From an uncultured Planctomycetaceae bacterium (lineage in GTDB: Bacteria; Planctomycetota; Planctomycetia; Planctomycetales; Planctomycetaceae), in the NCBI GenBank assembly GCA_964646205.1, contig CAZYAZ010000005.1, positions 17,791 to 81,790 of the forward strand: a stretch of DNA of 64,000 nt. The letters run 5' to 3'. The translations under genes and the position numbers were made by a program. The notes under the pieces are model-generated. The model was given only the letters and a program-made list of their open reading frames with translations, ran no database searches and had not been told where the DNA came from. Below, in pieces: positions 9,256 to 17,755 of this stretch; the stretch's first letter is position 1, and each line of letters opens with the position of its first letter.

Positions 9256-10211
9256 CACATCACCTTTCCCGGCGACGGTTTTTGTCGACCACCGGTGGCC
9301 TGGTCGTGGCGGGTTCCACCTCGGTGGTTGCGGCCGACGCGTCACGCCTCGACGTTGTGGACTGCCACACACACTTCTACGACCCGACCCGCCCCGGAGG
9401 GATTCCGTGGCCACGAAAAGGGTCGTCGCTGTTCCGCACCGTTTTGCCCAAGCACTTGCGCGCATTGGAGCACGCCCGCAAGGTGACCGGGACGGTGATC
9501 ATCGAAGCCAGCAATCGCCTGGAAGACAACCAGTGGTTACTGGATGTCGCCAGGGACGACCCCTTTGTTCTTGGTGTCGTTGGTCACCTGAATCCGGCGG
9601 ACGCGGGTTTCGTGAAAAACGTCAAGCGGTTCGCTGGCAACCGGTTGTTCCGAGGGATCCGGGTTGGCGAGGGGTTGGTGACCAGTCGCCTGAAAATGAA
9701 CTCGCTTGGCGTGTTCAAGGTGTTGCAAGATCACGATCTCGCACTCGATGTGAACGGTGGTCCGGTGACCCCGTTGGTGGTCAGTCGACTGGCGGCGCGG
9801 ATGCCGGGTTTGCGATTGCTGCAAAACCACATGGGCAACGTGGCAATCACGAAGGGGCCGCCGCCCAGGGACTGGGTGTCAAACATTCGTGCGGCGGCCC
9901 GCCACAAGAACGTGTTCTGCAAGGTTTCGGCAATGGTGGAGGGGGCCTCGCGAGGTGGTGGCAAAGCTCCGGCTGACGTGGAGTTCTACAAGCCCTACCT
10001 TGATGTGGTCTGGGACGCGTTTGGTGACGACCGCCTGATTTACGGCAGTGACTGGCCGGTCTCCGAGCGAGCGGCCAGCTACAAGGAACAGCAGCAGATC
10101 GTGCTGGACTACGTGGGCGAGCGAGGTCAGAAGGCCGTTCGCCAGTTCTTTTCGCTCAATTCAAAACGGGCTTACAAGTGGGTCGAGCGTGACGGGCGGA
10201 TCAAGTCATGA
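9252..10211 (+). CDS. amidohydrolase-2 / TIM-barrel metal-dependent hydrolase, Tat signal
   Basis: MTHHLSRRRFLSTTGG is a Tat signal. VVDCHTHFYDP is the HxH metal motif and YGSDWPV is a C-terminal Asp motif. ATGA overlap with the upstream gene. Confidence 0.7.
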   Translation: MTHHLSRRRFLSTTGGLVVAGSTSVVAADASRLDVVDCHTHFYDPTRPGGIPWPRKGSSLFRTVLPKHLRALEHARKVTGTVIIEASNRLEDNQWLLDVARDDPFVLGVVGHLNPADAGFVKNVKRFAGNRLFRGIRVGEGLVTSRLKMNSLGVFKVLQDHDLALDVNGGPVTPLVVSRLAARMPGLRLLQNHMGNVAITKGPPPRDWVSNIRAAARHKNVFCKVSAMVEGASRGGGKAPADVEFYKPYLDVVWDAFGDDRLIYGSDWPVSERAASYKEQQQIVLDYVGERGQKAVRQFFSLNSKRAYKWVERDGRIKS

Positions 10212-11521
10212 CACGACTCGTGCACGTGGCGTGGTCGTTGTTGGCTTGTGGTTGGTTGGTGGCCGCGGAACCGGCGATCGAACGGTCGCGCCTGGAAGGG
10301 TATGTCGGTGGGCCGTACAAGCTGCTGGTCCGGGACTTCACCGGTGACGGGCGTTCCGACGTCCTGATCGGGTACAGGAACCTGGGCGCGTTGCACCTGG
10401 CCGTGGGTGACGGTCGCGGGGGGCTGTCAGAGCGGACCGGCGGTGTGTTGATCAACCTGGCGAGTCGCGAACACGGAGGGGCCATCGATGCGAGTTGCTG
10501 GTCGGCCCCACATGTCCACAATCTGCACGCTGCGGACATCAATGGGGATGGGCGATTGGATGTCGTGGTTGGCCTCGCTGGGTTGTCCACCGTGAAGGAC
10601 GGTCGTGTGGTGGTGGCCCTTGGAGAAAAAGGGGGGCATTTCCGAACAGTGGTGGAATACCTGGTGCCGAGCGAGGCCAAGGGCGTGCGATTCGAGGATC
10701 TCGACCGGGATGGCAAGATGGATCTGCTCTACACCGCTCGTGGTTCCGGTTACAAGGATGATCTCACGGTGGGAGAACTTCATATCCGCCGTGGCCTGGG
10801 CGGAGGTCGATTCGGTATGGCGATCGTGTTGCCGGCCGGCCGGTCGGCCTATGCGATCGACACCGGAGACCTGGATGAAGACGGGTACCCCGACGTCGTG
10901 ATTCCCAATGAGCACGACGATCGTGCGACGTATTGCCTGAGTCCGGGGCGGCGGTGCTTTTCGGCCGTCGATACGAAAACGGCTCGCCGATGGTCGGTGC
11001 GTGTTTTGCGGGCAACCCGGATTCCCGGAAAACGTTCTCATGCGGTGAACGATGCGAGAATTGCCGACTTCAATGGCGACGGTCACCTGGACGTGGTGAC
11101 GGCCAATTTGGGGACGTCGACGATTTCGATCTTCAACGGTCGCGGGGACGGGGACTTCGAAACGGACCGGAAATTGGAAGCTGGCAAAAACGGCGCTTTC
11201 CTCGGGTTGGGTGATCTCGATGGCGATAAGGATGTTGATCTGGTGATCACTCACTGGACCGAGGCATTTGTCTCGGTCTTCCTGAACCGCGGCGATGGTT
11301 CGTTTGCGAAGCGGGTTGACCTGCCCAGTGGCCTGGGCAGCTATGGTGTCGACGTCGCTGATCTGGATCGCGACGGTCACCTGGACCTCGTGTCGGCCAA
11401 CTATCGCGACCAGACAATCTCGATCCTGCGGGGCCGAGGCGATGGCACGTTCGCACCGACTGTGACCCTGCTCCGCGGGTTGCGGGTCACCGGCGGGCGA
11501 CTGGTGCCATTCACCCCGTGA
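10208..11521 (+). CDS. FG-GAP/VCBS repeat protein
   Basis: Repeated FxGDGxxD-type units: DFTGDGRSDVLIG, DINGDGRLDVVVG, DLDRDGKMDLLY, DLDEDGYPDVVI, DFNGDGHLDVVTA, DLDGDKDVDLVI, DLDRDGHLDLVSA. ATGA overlap with the upstream gene. Confidence 0.75.
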   Translation: MTRLVHVAWSLLACGWLVAAEPAIERSRLEGYVGGPYKLLVRDFTGDGRSDVLIGYRNLGALHLAVGDGRGGLSERTGGVLINLASREHGGAIDASCWSAPHVHNLHAADINGDGRLDVVVGLAGLSTVKDGRVVVALGEKGGHFRTVVEYLVPSEAKGVRFEDLDRDGKMDLLYTARGSGYKDDLTVGELHIRRGLGGGRFGMAIVLPAGRSAYAIDTGDLDEDGYPDVVIPNEHDDRATYCLSPGRRCFSAVDTKTARRWSVRVLRATRIPGKRSHAVNDARIADFNGDGHLDVVTANLGTSTISIFNGRGDGDFETDRKLEAGKNGAFLGLGDLDGDKDVDLVITHWTEAFVSVFLNRGDGSFAKRVDLPSGLGSYGVDVADLDRDGHLDLVSANYRDQTISILRGRGDGTFAPTVTLLRGLRVTGGRLVPFTP

Positions 11522-11530
11522 AAGGTCTGG

Positions 11531-13024
11531 TCACTGCGGCGGCCGTGTGGCGAGTTCCTGTTCCAGGAATCCCAGCAGGGCCGGGACGAGTTCCGGGGCC
11601 AGTGGGAGTGCGGGGTTGGAATAACTGGGCAGTTGTTCGGCATCGGTCGTGATGTGGCGGAGGACGTGATTCATGTCTTCAATCAGGACCAGGGCCGCGG
11701 ATGGTTGCGCGGTTTTCAGGGTCTTTGCGTCACCGACGGTGACCTGGATGTCGCGGGTGCCCTGCACAATCAGTGTCGGCGTGGTGGACTTGGCCATGAT
11801 GCTTTTCGGGTCGTGCTTCATCCAGGAAATCAGGAACGGTTGCACCGACGGCCGAAACAGGGTGGCCAGGGGTGGGGGGATTGTGGCCACTGTTTGTCCG
11901 GCTGCCAGTTGCTTGATGATCGCCAGGGACTGGTCCCTGGTCTCGGGCATCGTGGCCAGTCTTTCGGTCAGTTGAATCTCCATCACCTTGTCGATCGACC
12001 GGCCGGCCCCGGCGATCGATACCACGGCTGCAACCGGGGTGGCCTGGGCGGTGAGCAGGGCCACGAGTGATCCCTGGCTGTGACCGATGATTCCCACCCG
12101 TGAGATGTTCTTGTGCTTCCGCATCAGGTCGAGCCAGCCCCGTGCGTCGGTAACCAGGGAGTCGAATCGGAAGTCCTTTTCTTTGCCCTGGGTGAACCGG
12201 CTCCGGCCACTGCCTCGCTTGTCAAAACGCAGAACGGCAATCCCGTGGCTGGCCAGTGCGGTGCCGAGTTTTTTCATGTAATCGGACTTCAAGGCGGCCT
12301 GGTTGCCGTCCCGATCGTTGGGGCCAGAACCGGAGACAACCAGCATGGCAGGAAAGGGGCCGTCACCGCTGGGCCAGTCGATCGTTCCGTGGAGCGTGGC
12401 ACCGGGAACGTTTAGGACGACGTCTGCGCCCTGTTGTGCCTGGCTGGTTGTGGGCGGGGCGGGGGTCGGTTCGGGCTTGGGGGCTGGGAGAAAGAAAATG
12501 CCCGCGACCTGGCCGTCGGAGTTCATTGATACACGAAATACGAGCTGTGCCCTTTCAAAAGTGCACAGAAGATCGACAACCTGGTCGGCCTGGATCGTCG
12601 TCTCTTCGGCGGTTGCGGCCACCGACTGATACCCACCAGCTTGGGCCAGGATGGTCTCCCAGGTCGCTTTCAACTTGTCGACCGGGAGTGCCTTGAGAAC
12701 TTCTGGTGAGAACGTCTTGGCCGCTGTGGAAAAACGGTTGGCGGTGAGATGGGCCAACAAATCGCGAGCTACGGTTTCCGCCGGAGAATGCACCACCGGT
12801 GGAGTTTGGGGGGGATCGACCGAGGGAGTGGGTGCCTTGGCTGGAGGCGACGTGGTGGTCTCGGGGCCAGAGGCGATCGTGGGAGAAGGAGGTGAGTCAG
12901 GTGGAGTTGGCTGAGTCGCGGTGTCATTGCAGCCGACCAGGGACCCGAGGATGATCACGAGCCCGATTCTCGTGCAGGCCAGGAAATGCCGGGGGGACGT
13001 AGCCGGAGTGTCTTGCAGCGGCAT
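11531..13024 (-). CDS. lipoprotein alpha/beta-hydrolase with N-terminal accessory domain
   Basis: Lipobox-like LGSLVGC followed by a Pro/Thr-rich linker. Serine nucleophile elbow GIIGHSQGS. C-terminal IEDMNHVL carries the catalytic-His region. Confidence 0.7.
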   Translation of the reverse strand: MPLQDTPATSPRHFLACTRIGLVIILGSLVGCNDTATQPTPPDSPPSPTIASGPETTTSPPAKAPTPSVDPPQTPPVVHSPAETVARDLLAHLTANRFSTAAKTFSPEVLKALPVDKLKATWETILAQAGGYQSVAATAEETTIQADQVVDLLCTFERAQLVFRVSMNSDGQVAGIFFLPAPKPEPTPAPPTTSQAQQGADVVLNVPGATLHGTIDWPSGDGPFPAMLVVSGSGPNDRDGNQAALKSDYMKKLGTALASHGIAVLRFDKRGSGRSRFTQGKEKDFRFDSLVTDARGWLDLMRKHKNISRVGIIGHSQGSLVALLTAQATPVAAVVSIAGAGRSIDKVMEIQLTERLATMPETRDQSLAIIKQLAAGQTVATIPPPLATLFRPSVQPFLISWMKHDPKSIMAKSTTPTLIVQGTRDIQVTVGDAKTLKTAQPSAALVLIEDMNHVLRHITTDAEQLPSYSNPALPLAPELVPALLGFLEQELATRPPQ

Positions 13025-13052
13025 GGTGCGGTGTCCTGGAACTGCTGGCGTT

Positions 13053-14555
13053 TTAGTCGAGTGCCTTGTTGGGGAAAATTGTCGAGGCGCGGTGCTCGGC
13101 CTTCATCAGTTCTCGGATCCTCGCGACGATCTCGGGATGCTTGGCGGCGAGATCACGAGACTCTGAGATGTCCTGGTCGAGGTCGAAGAGTTCGATTTTC
13201 AGCCTGTTGGGGTTGTTTGGCCGCAGGAGGCGTTGCCGAACTCCCTTCCATTGCCCCATCCATACGGCCTGCTGGCCCCCATACCCGGCAAACTCCCGAT
13301 ACAGGAACGGCCGGGGAGGCTGTTGTTTTCCGTGGAGGGTGTCGGCCAGGCTGATGCCGTCGACTCCGGTGGGAAGTGCCTGGCGGCTGCCGGTCAGGGA
13401 GAGCAGGGTGGGGATCCAGTCTTCGAATCCCGTGACAAAATCCGACGTGGTTCCCCTGGGGATGTGGCCAGGCCAGCGGGCTATCAGTGGCACGCGAACG
13501 CCGCCCTCGTAGAGCGATCCCTTGAGACCTCGTAATGGTTTGACACTGGCAAAGAAGTCATAGTCGACCTCGCGTTTGAGGTGCGTGGTCCCGTTGTCTG
13601 ATGTGAAAACGACGATCGTGTTGTCGTCCAAATTGAGCTTCTCCAGCAGGTCGAGAATCCGTCCGACATAAGTGTCCAGCCGGGTGATCATCGCGGCGTA
13701 GGCCGCACGCGGGGTGAAATGTGGTGTGTAACCGCCACCTTTCAACTTGGTGAAGGGCGGGTCGTGCCATTTGAGAGCCAGGTAGGGTTTCAGCGCGTCG
13801 TCGGGGACATGCAGCGCCAGGTGCGGGATCACAGTGGGGTAGTAGAGGAAGAAGGGGCGGTCCTTGTTTTTCTCGATGAACCGGAGAGCCTGGGCAGCGA
13901 TCCGATCAGGGGCGTAGTCCTGCCCCTTGAACTGGCTGTAGTTGCCCGGGTTGCTGGTGTCGGCGTCCTTGGCAAAGCGGGCGTGGCCGCCCACAGGAGG
14001 GTTGTTTTTCAGCGGAATCCGTTTGTTGTCGCTCCAGAGATACGAGGGATAGTAACTGTGCGCATGCCGCTGGCAATTGTAGCCGTAGAAACGATCGAAC
14101 CCCTGTTTTAGTGGTCCGCCCTCTGATCCCGGGGGGCCGAGTCCCCACTTCCCGAAAGCGCCGGTGGTGTAGCCATCTTTTTTGAGGAGTTCGGCCATTG
14201 TGACTTCGGTGGCTGGGATCGGGACCTGGCCTTCAGGCCGGACTTCCTTGTTGCTGCGGACCCAGGCGTGACCGGGATGCTTGCCTGTCATCAGGACACA
14301 CCGAGACGGGGCACAGACGGCATTTCCCGCATAATTGCGGGTGAATTTCATGCCTTCGCGGGCGAGTCGGTCGATGTGCGGGGTGCGAATCTTCTTCTGG
14401 CCGTAGCAGCCCAATTCGGCGAATCCGAGGTCGTCGGCCATGATGAAGACAATGTTGGGGCGATCGGCCGCCACGGCTTTTGCCGTCCACGTCCAGAGTG
14501 TCATGGACGCCAGAATTGCCAGGATCAGTCGAGTGTGTCGTGTGTTCTCAGGCAT
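13053..14555 (-). CDS. arylsulfatase (formylglycine-dependent sulfatase family)
   Basis: PNIVFIMADDLG and the CAPSRCVLMTG (CxPxR) formylglycine motif. N-terminal signal peptide. Confidence 0.9.
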   Translation of the reverse strand: MPENTRHTRLILAILASMTLWTWTAKAVAADRPNIVFIMADDLGFAELGCYGQKKIRTPHIDRLAREGMKFTRNYAGNAVCAPSRCVLMTGKHPGHAWVRSNKEVRPEGQVPIPATEVTMAELLKKDGYTTGAFGKWGLGPPGSEGGPLKQGFDRFYGYNCQRHAHSYYPSYLWSDNKRIPLKNNPPVGGHARFAKDADTSNPGNYSQFKGQDYAPDRIAAQALRFIEKNKDRPFFLYYPTVIPHLALHVPDDALKPYLALKWHDPPFTKLKGGGYTPHFTPRAAYAAMITRLDTYVGRILDLLEKLNLDDNTIVVFTSDNGTTHLKREVDYDFFASVKPLRGLKGSLYEGGVRVPLIARWPGHIPRGTTSDFVTGFEDWIPTLLSLTGSRQALPTGVDGISLADTLHGKQQPPRPFLYREFAGYGGQQAVWMGQWKGVRQRLLRPNNPNRLKIELFDLDQDISESRDLAAKHPEIVARIRELMKAEHRASTIFPNKALD

Positions 14556-14699
14556 GGGTGAGGTGCTTCCAACTCGGTGTTCGAAGTTCAGTTGAGGCCA
14601 ACCTGGCGGCTGCTGCCGGACGGGCTGGGTTTTTTTCGGGATCCTGCACAGATTGCAGCTTGGGAACGCTTCTTTGTATCAGTGGGGCAAGGCCGCGAG

Positions 14700-15266
14700 T
14701 CACACGGCAGTTGCCGGTTCGGTTGGTTCGTTGGAGTAGACCTCGTCGAACGAAGTCAGCGCGATGCCCCCCAGGCGTTCGGCGATGGCCCGGTACGAGC
14801 GGCGGCGGAACTCCCACTTCTTGAGACGAGGCAATTGCTCGAGCCAGTCACACAAGTGAACGGTGCAGAGGTCGTTGAACTGCTCCTGGTTCATTTCGAT
14901 TGCCTCGCCGGTTTCCCGGTTGCGGATGGAATACGGGGCAGAGGAAGCGATTTGATCGTCGAATGTGGAACGATCCATGACGCAGTTGACCCACGCGATG
15001 AATTCAGCGTGGTCCCCAATGAGTGCGCGGACCTCGTCGCGTTGCTCCTGCGACAACGCGAATGCCTGGAACATCTCGGTGCCGTAAATCGAATGGAACA
15101 GGCCAGCCCGACAGACTGCGATGCTCGCCTTCCAGGTCTGGAGGTCGTTGTAGACACCGACCAGGTGAGCCAGGAAGACGGTTTCGGTGTGAGGGACATT
15201 CTCGGTACCCAGGTCGCGAAGGAACCGGGTCATTGCCTTGTACTGCGGGTCTGTGTTGTTGGGCAT
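14700..15266 (-). CDS. HD-like protein (resembles DUF6817)
   Basis: The motif string HTETVFLAHLVGVYNDLQTWKASIAVCRAGLFHSIYGTEMF resembles the DUF6817/HD-like signature as I recall it. No signal peptide. Confidence 0.5.
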   Translation of the reverse strand: MPNNTDPQYKAMTRFLRDLGTENVPHTETVFLAHLVGVYNDLQTWKASIAVCRAGLFHSIYGTEMFQAFALSQEQRDEVRALIGDHAEFIAWVNCVMDRSTFDDQIASSAPYSIRNRETGEAIEMNQEQFNDLCTVHLCDWLEQLPRLKKWEFRRRSYRAIAERLGGIALTSFDEVYSNEPTEPATAV

Positions 15267-15302
15267 GGTGGGCCTGGCGGCAGTGTGGGTGAAGATGTTG
15301 TT

Positions 15303-16130
15303 CTACGGGTTGAAGTCGACTTCGATCATTTTGCCCCGCAACTGAGTGAGGGCCTTTTGTTCGTCGGCCATGGGAAGTTTTTCCTCGCGACCCAGCATGG
15401 TTTCCAGCCGGGTGACCTGCCGGACGAGTTGGGCGAGTGTTTCCGGGGTCAGTGCCCCTTCGTGATCGTCACCAGGCATGCGGGTGTGATACGTGAAGTG
15501 TTTTTCGAGGACCGTGGCTCCCAGGGCCACGGCGGCCAGGCACGCCTCGATTCCACGGCTGTGATCGCTGTAGCCGATGGGGATGTCGGGGAACGCCTTC
15601 TGCATGGCGAGGATTGCCCGCAGGTTCACGTTGGGGTCCTCGGTCGGATACTGGCTGGTGCAGTGTAGCAGTGAGAGGGAATCGATGGATCCCAGGCATT
15701 CGACCGCCTGCTGGATTTCCTCGATCGTGGCTCCGCCGGTCGAGAGATAGACGGTGGTGACCTGGTTGGCGCGGGCGTTGACGTGTTCGAGCAAATCGAA
15801 GTCGACGATACGACTGGACGCAAGTTTCAAGGCGGTCAGTCCCATGCGATCGACCAGGAAATCGGTCGACCGGCGGGTGAAGGTGGAACTGAGAAACGTG
15901 ATGCCCAGCTCGCCACACAATTGCTGCATCTCGAAGTGGACGTCCTCGGGCATCTCGACCCCGCGGAACCAGTCAAACCACTCGTGGTCCGTTCCGAACT
16001 GGTTGGCCGTGTAGGTCTGGAACTTGGCGACGGTGGCCCCATTGGCGGCGGCCTCGGTGACCATTCCGCGGCAGACATCCCAGCGGCCGTAATGATTTTC
16101 GCCCAGTTCGGCGATCAGGACCGTGTCCAA
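15303..16130 (-). CDS. N-acetylneuraminate-synthase (NeuB/SpsE) family protein without an obvious SAF domain
   Basis: IAELGENHYG is the NeuB N-terminal motif. The TIM-barrel region ends without the C-terminal SAF/antifreeze-like domain. The track ORF extends to 16307 but would overlap the upstream gene by 143 nt. I chose TTG 16130, preceded by GGGGGA. The start is uncertain. Confidence 0.6.
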   Translation of the reverse strand: MDTVLIAELGENHYGRWDVCRGMVTEAAANGATVAKFQTYTANQFGTDHEWFDWFRGVEMPEDVHFEMQQLCGELGITFLSSTFTRRSTDFLVDRMGLTALKLASSRIVDFDLLEHVNARANQVTTVYLSTGGATIEEIQQAVECLGSIDSLSLLHCTSQYPTEDPNVNLRAILAMQKAFPDIPIGYSDHSRGIEACLAAVALGATVLEKHFTYHTRMPGDDHEGALTPETLAQLVRQVTRLETMLGREEKLPMADEQKALTQLRGKMIEVDFNP

Positions 16131-16164
16131 CTCAGTTTCCCCCGTTGCGGTGTCAGAACAGCGA

Positions 16165-17517
16165 TCACCCGCCGACGATTTCCAGTGGGCGGTTCTTCTT
16201 CCAACGTCCGCGTGTGAAGTCGGGGACGTCCATGGTCTGGCTGCGGTTGGCGATTGAGCGTTCACTGAGTTCGGAAACCACGCTCCACGCGGCGGCGTCA
16301 TAGACATCCATGTCGGGTTCCGTGCCGGCGTGCAAGCATTCGATCAACCGATGGATTTCCATGTAATCCATTCCACCATGCCCTTTGCCCTGGGCTTCTC
16401 GGATCAATTTCTTCCACAGTGGGTGTTCGTACTTCGACTGGAATGTGTCGATTGGTTCCCACTTGTGCCCACGAGCGTTGGATTCCAGGGCGATCCGGTC
16501 TGGATAGCCCTGCACGATGCCCCTTGTGCCCTGGACCATGTTGATCCTCGTGTAGGGACGTGGCAGCTGCGTGTCGTGTCCGAGCGTGATGGTGCGTCCC
16601 TTCTTGGTTCGGATCATCGTTGTGTTGACGTCGCCCGATTTGTACTTGCGGGTCGCCAGCGGATGCTTGGCCCCGAAGCGGTCGGCGTAGAACACGTTGA
16701 GTCCGCGGGAGATGCTGCTCATGGAGACCAGGTAGTCGAATTGGTCCCCCCGGTTGATGTCCATGCACTGGGCTACCGGACCCAGCCCGTGGGTCGGATA
16801 GAGGTTGCCGTCTCGATGGATCTTGTTCTCGAGTCGCCAGCGAACCTCGGCGTCGGCTCCGATAAACTCGCGGTCGTCACGCAATTCGTGCAGGTAGCCC
16901 GCTTCGCCGTGAACCAGTTCACCCAGCAGTCCCTGGCGGACCATGTTGAGTACCATCATCTCCGTGCGACCGTAGCAGCAGTTTTCGAGCATGACACAAT
17001 GGCGGTGTGATTTCTCAGCGGTTTCCACCATCTGCCAGCACTCGTCGATGGTCACGGCGGCGGGGACTTCCGTCGCGGCATGGTGACCGTTTTTCATGGC
17101 GGAGACGCAGACCGGCACGTGCCACCGCCACGGGGTGGCGGTGACAACCAGATCCAGGTCGTCGCGTTCACAGAGTTTGTCGAAAGCCCGTTCATCTGGG
17201 AAATAGGCGTCTGGCTTGGGCTGCCCGGCCGAGACGGTTGTCTTCTGGGCCAGTTGGCAGCGGTCTTCCAGCAGGTCACAGACGGCTTTGACCTCGACCC
17301 CGGGTTGATCCAGCAGCAATCTCAGCAGGTGGAAACCACGTCCACCGATCCCCACCATTCCGACACGGATCTGCGAAATCGGCTTCAATCGCGGGTCGGC
17401 CGCTTTTTCTTTTTTTTGTGCGGGGTCGCCGGCCTGGGCCAAGGCTGGCAGGACAACTCCGGCGCCGACTCCCGCCCCCAGTTTCATCGCGTCTCGCCTG
17501 TTGAAGTCTGTGGTCAT
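16165..17517 (-). CDS. Gfo/Idh/MocA oxidoreductase of the GH109-like type (NAD-dependent glycosidase-like), Tat signal
   Basis: MTTDFNRRDAMKLGAGVGAG is a Tat signal and VGMVGIGGRG a Rossmann motif. VMLENCCYGRTEMMVLNMVRQGLLGELVHGEAGYLHELRD resembles the GH109 alpha-N-acetylgalactosaminidase core. Confidence 0.65.
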   Translation of the reverse strand: MTTDFNRRDAMKLGAGVGAGVVLPALAQAGDPAQKKEKAADPRLKPISQIRVGMVGIGGRGFHLLRLLLDQPGVEVKAVCDLLEDRCQLAQKTTVSAGQPKPDAYFPDERAFDKLCERDDLDLVVTATPWRWHVPVCVSAMKNGHHAATEVPAAVTIDECWQMVETAEKSHRHCVMLENCCYGRTEMMVLNMVRQGLLGELVHGEAGYLHELRDDREFIGADAEVRWRLENKIHRDGNLYPTHGLGPVAQCMDINRGDQFDYLVSMSSISRGLNVFYADRFGAKHPLATRKYKSGDVNTTMIRTKKGRTITLGHDTQLPRPYTRINMVQGTRGIVQGYPDRIALESNARGHKWEPIDTFQSKYEHPLWKKLIREAQGKGHGGMDYMEIHRLIECLHAGTEPDMDVYDAAAWSVVSELSERSIANRSQTMDVPDFTRGRWKKNRPLEIVGG

Positions 17518-17755
17518 GAGAATGGTCTCCCCGTGGATTCAACTGCCGCTGCTGGATGAGATGGCAAGGCGTTTTGGAAACAGTGTACAGCAGAGACCCT
17601 GTCAAAATCGCGTGGATTGGGAGATTGCGTGTTTCTGGTTTCCCGAACGTGGATGTTTGAAATTGACCGTCGCAGTGACGGCGGGCCACAATAACCAACT
17701 CGAGTCCTCTGCATTTGGTAGTGAACTCTTTCGCTGTGCGAACCTGGAACCGGTT

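Noticed and set aside
10427-11380. 317-aa minus-strand ORF. The same applies to 19217..20287, 32186..33208 and 47634..48581
   Set aside because: All are antisense to genes with clear family motifs (FG-GAP, DUF1553, propeller protein, DUF1501). They are long only because GC-rich codon bias removes stops from the antisense frames.
14605-14640. T7 run (GGGCTGGGTTTTTTTCGGG) as a terminator between the HD-like gene and the sulfatase gene
   Set aside because: The T-run is on the plus strand, while both flanking genes are transcribed on the minus strand, where it reads as an A-run. There is no strong preceding hairpin on either strand.
16131-16307. ATG-initiated N-terminal extension of the NeuB-like ORF
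   Set aside because: It would overlap the upstream Gfo/Idh/MocA gene by 143 nt. It would also add a Pro/Ser/Thr/Arg-rich segment before the conserved IAELGENHYG motif. A TTG at 16130 with an upstream GGGGGA fits better.
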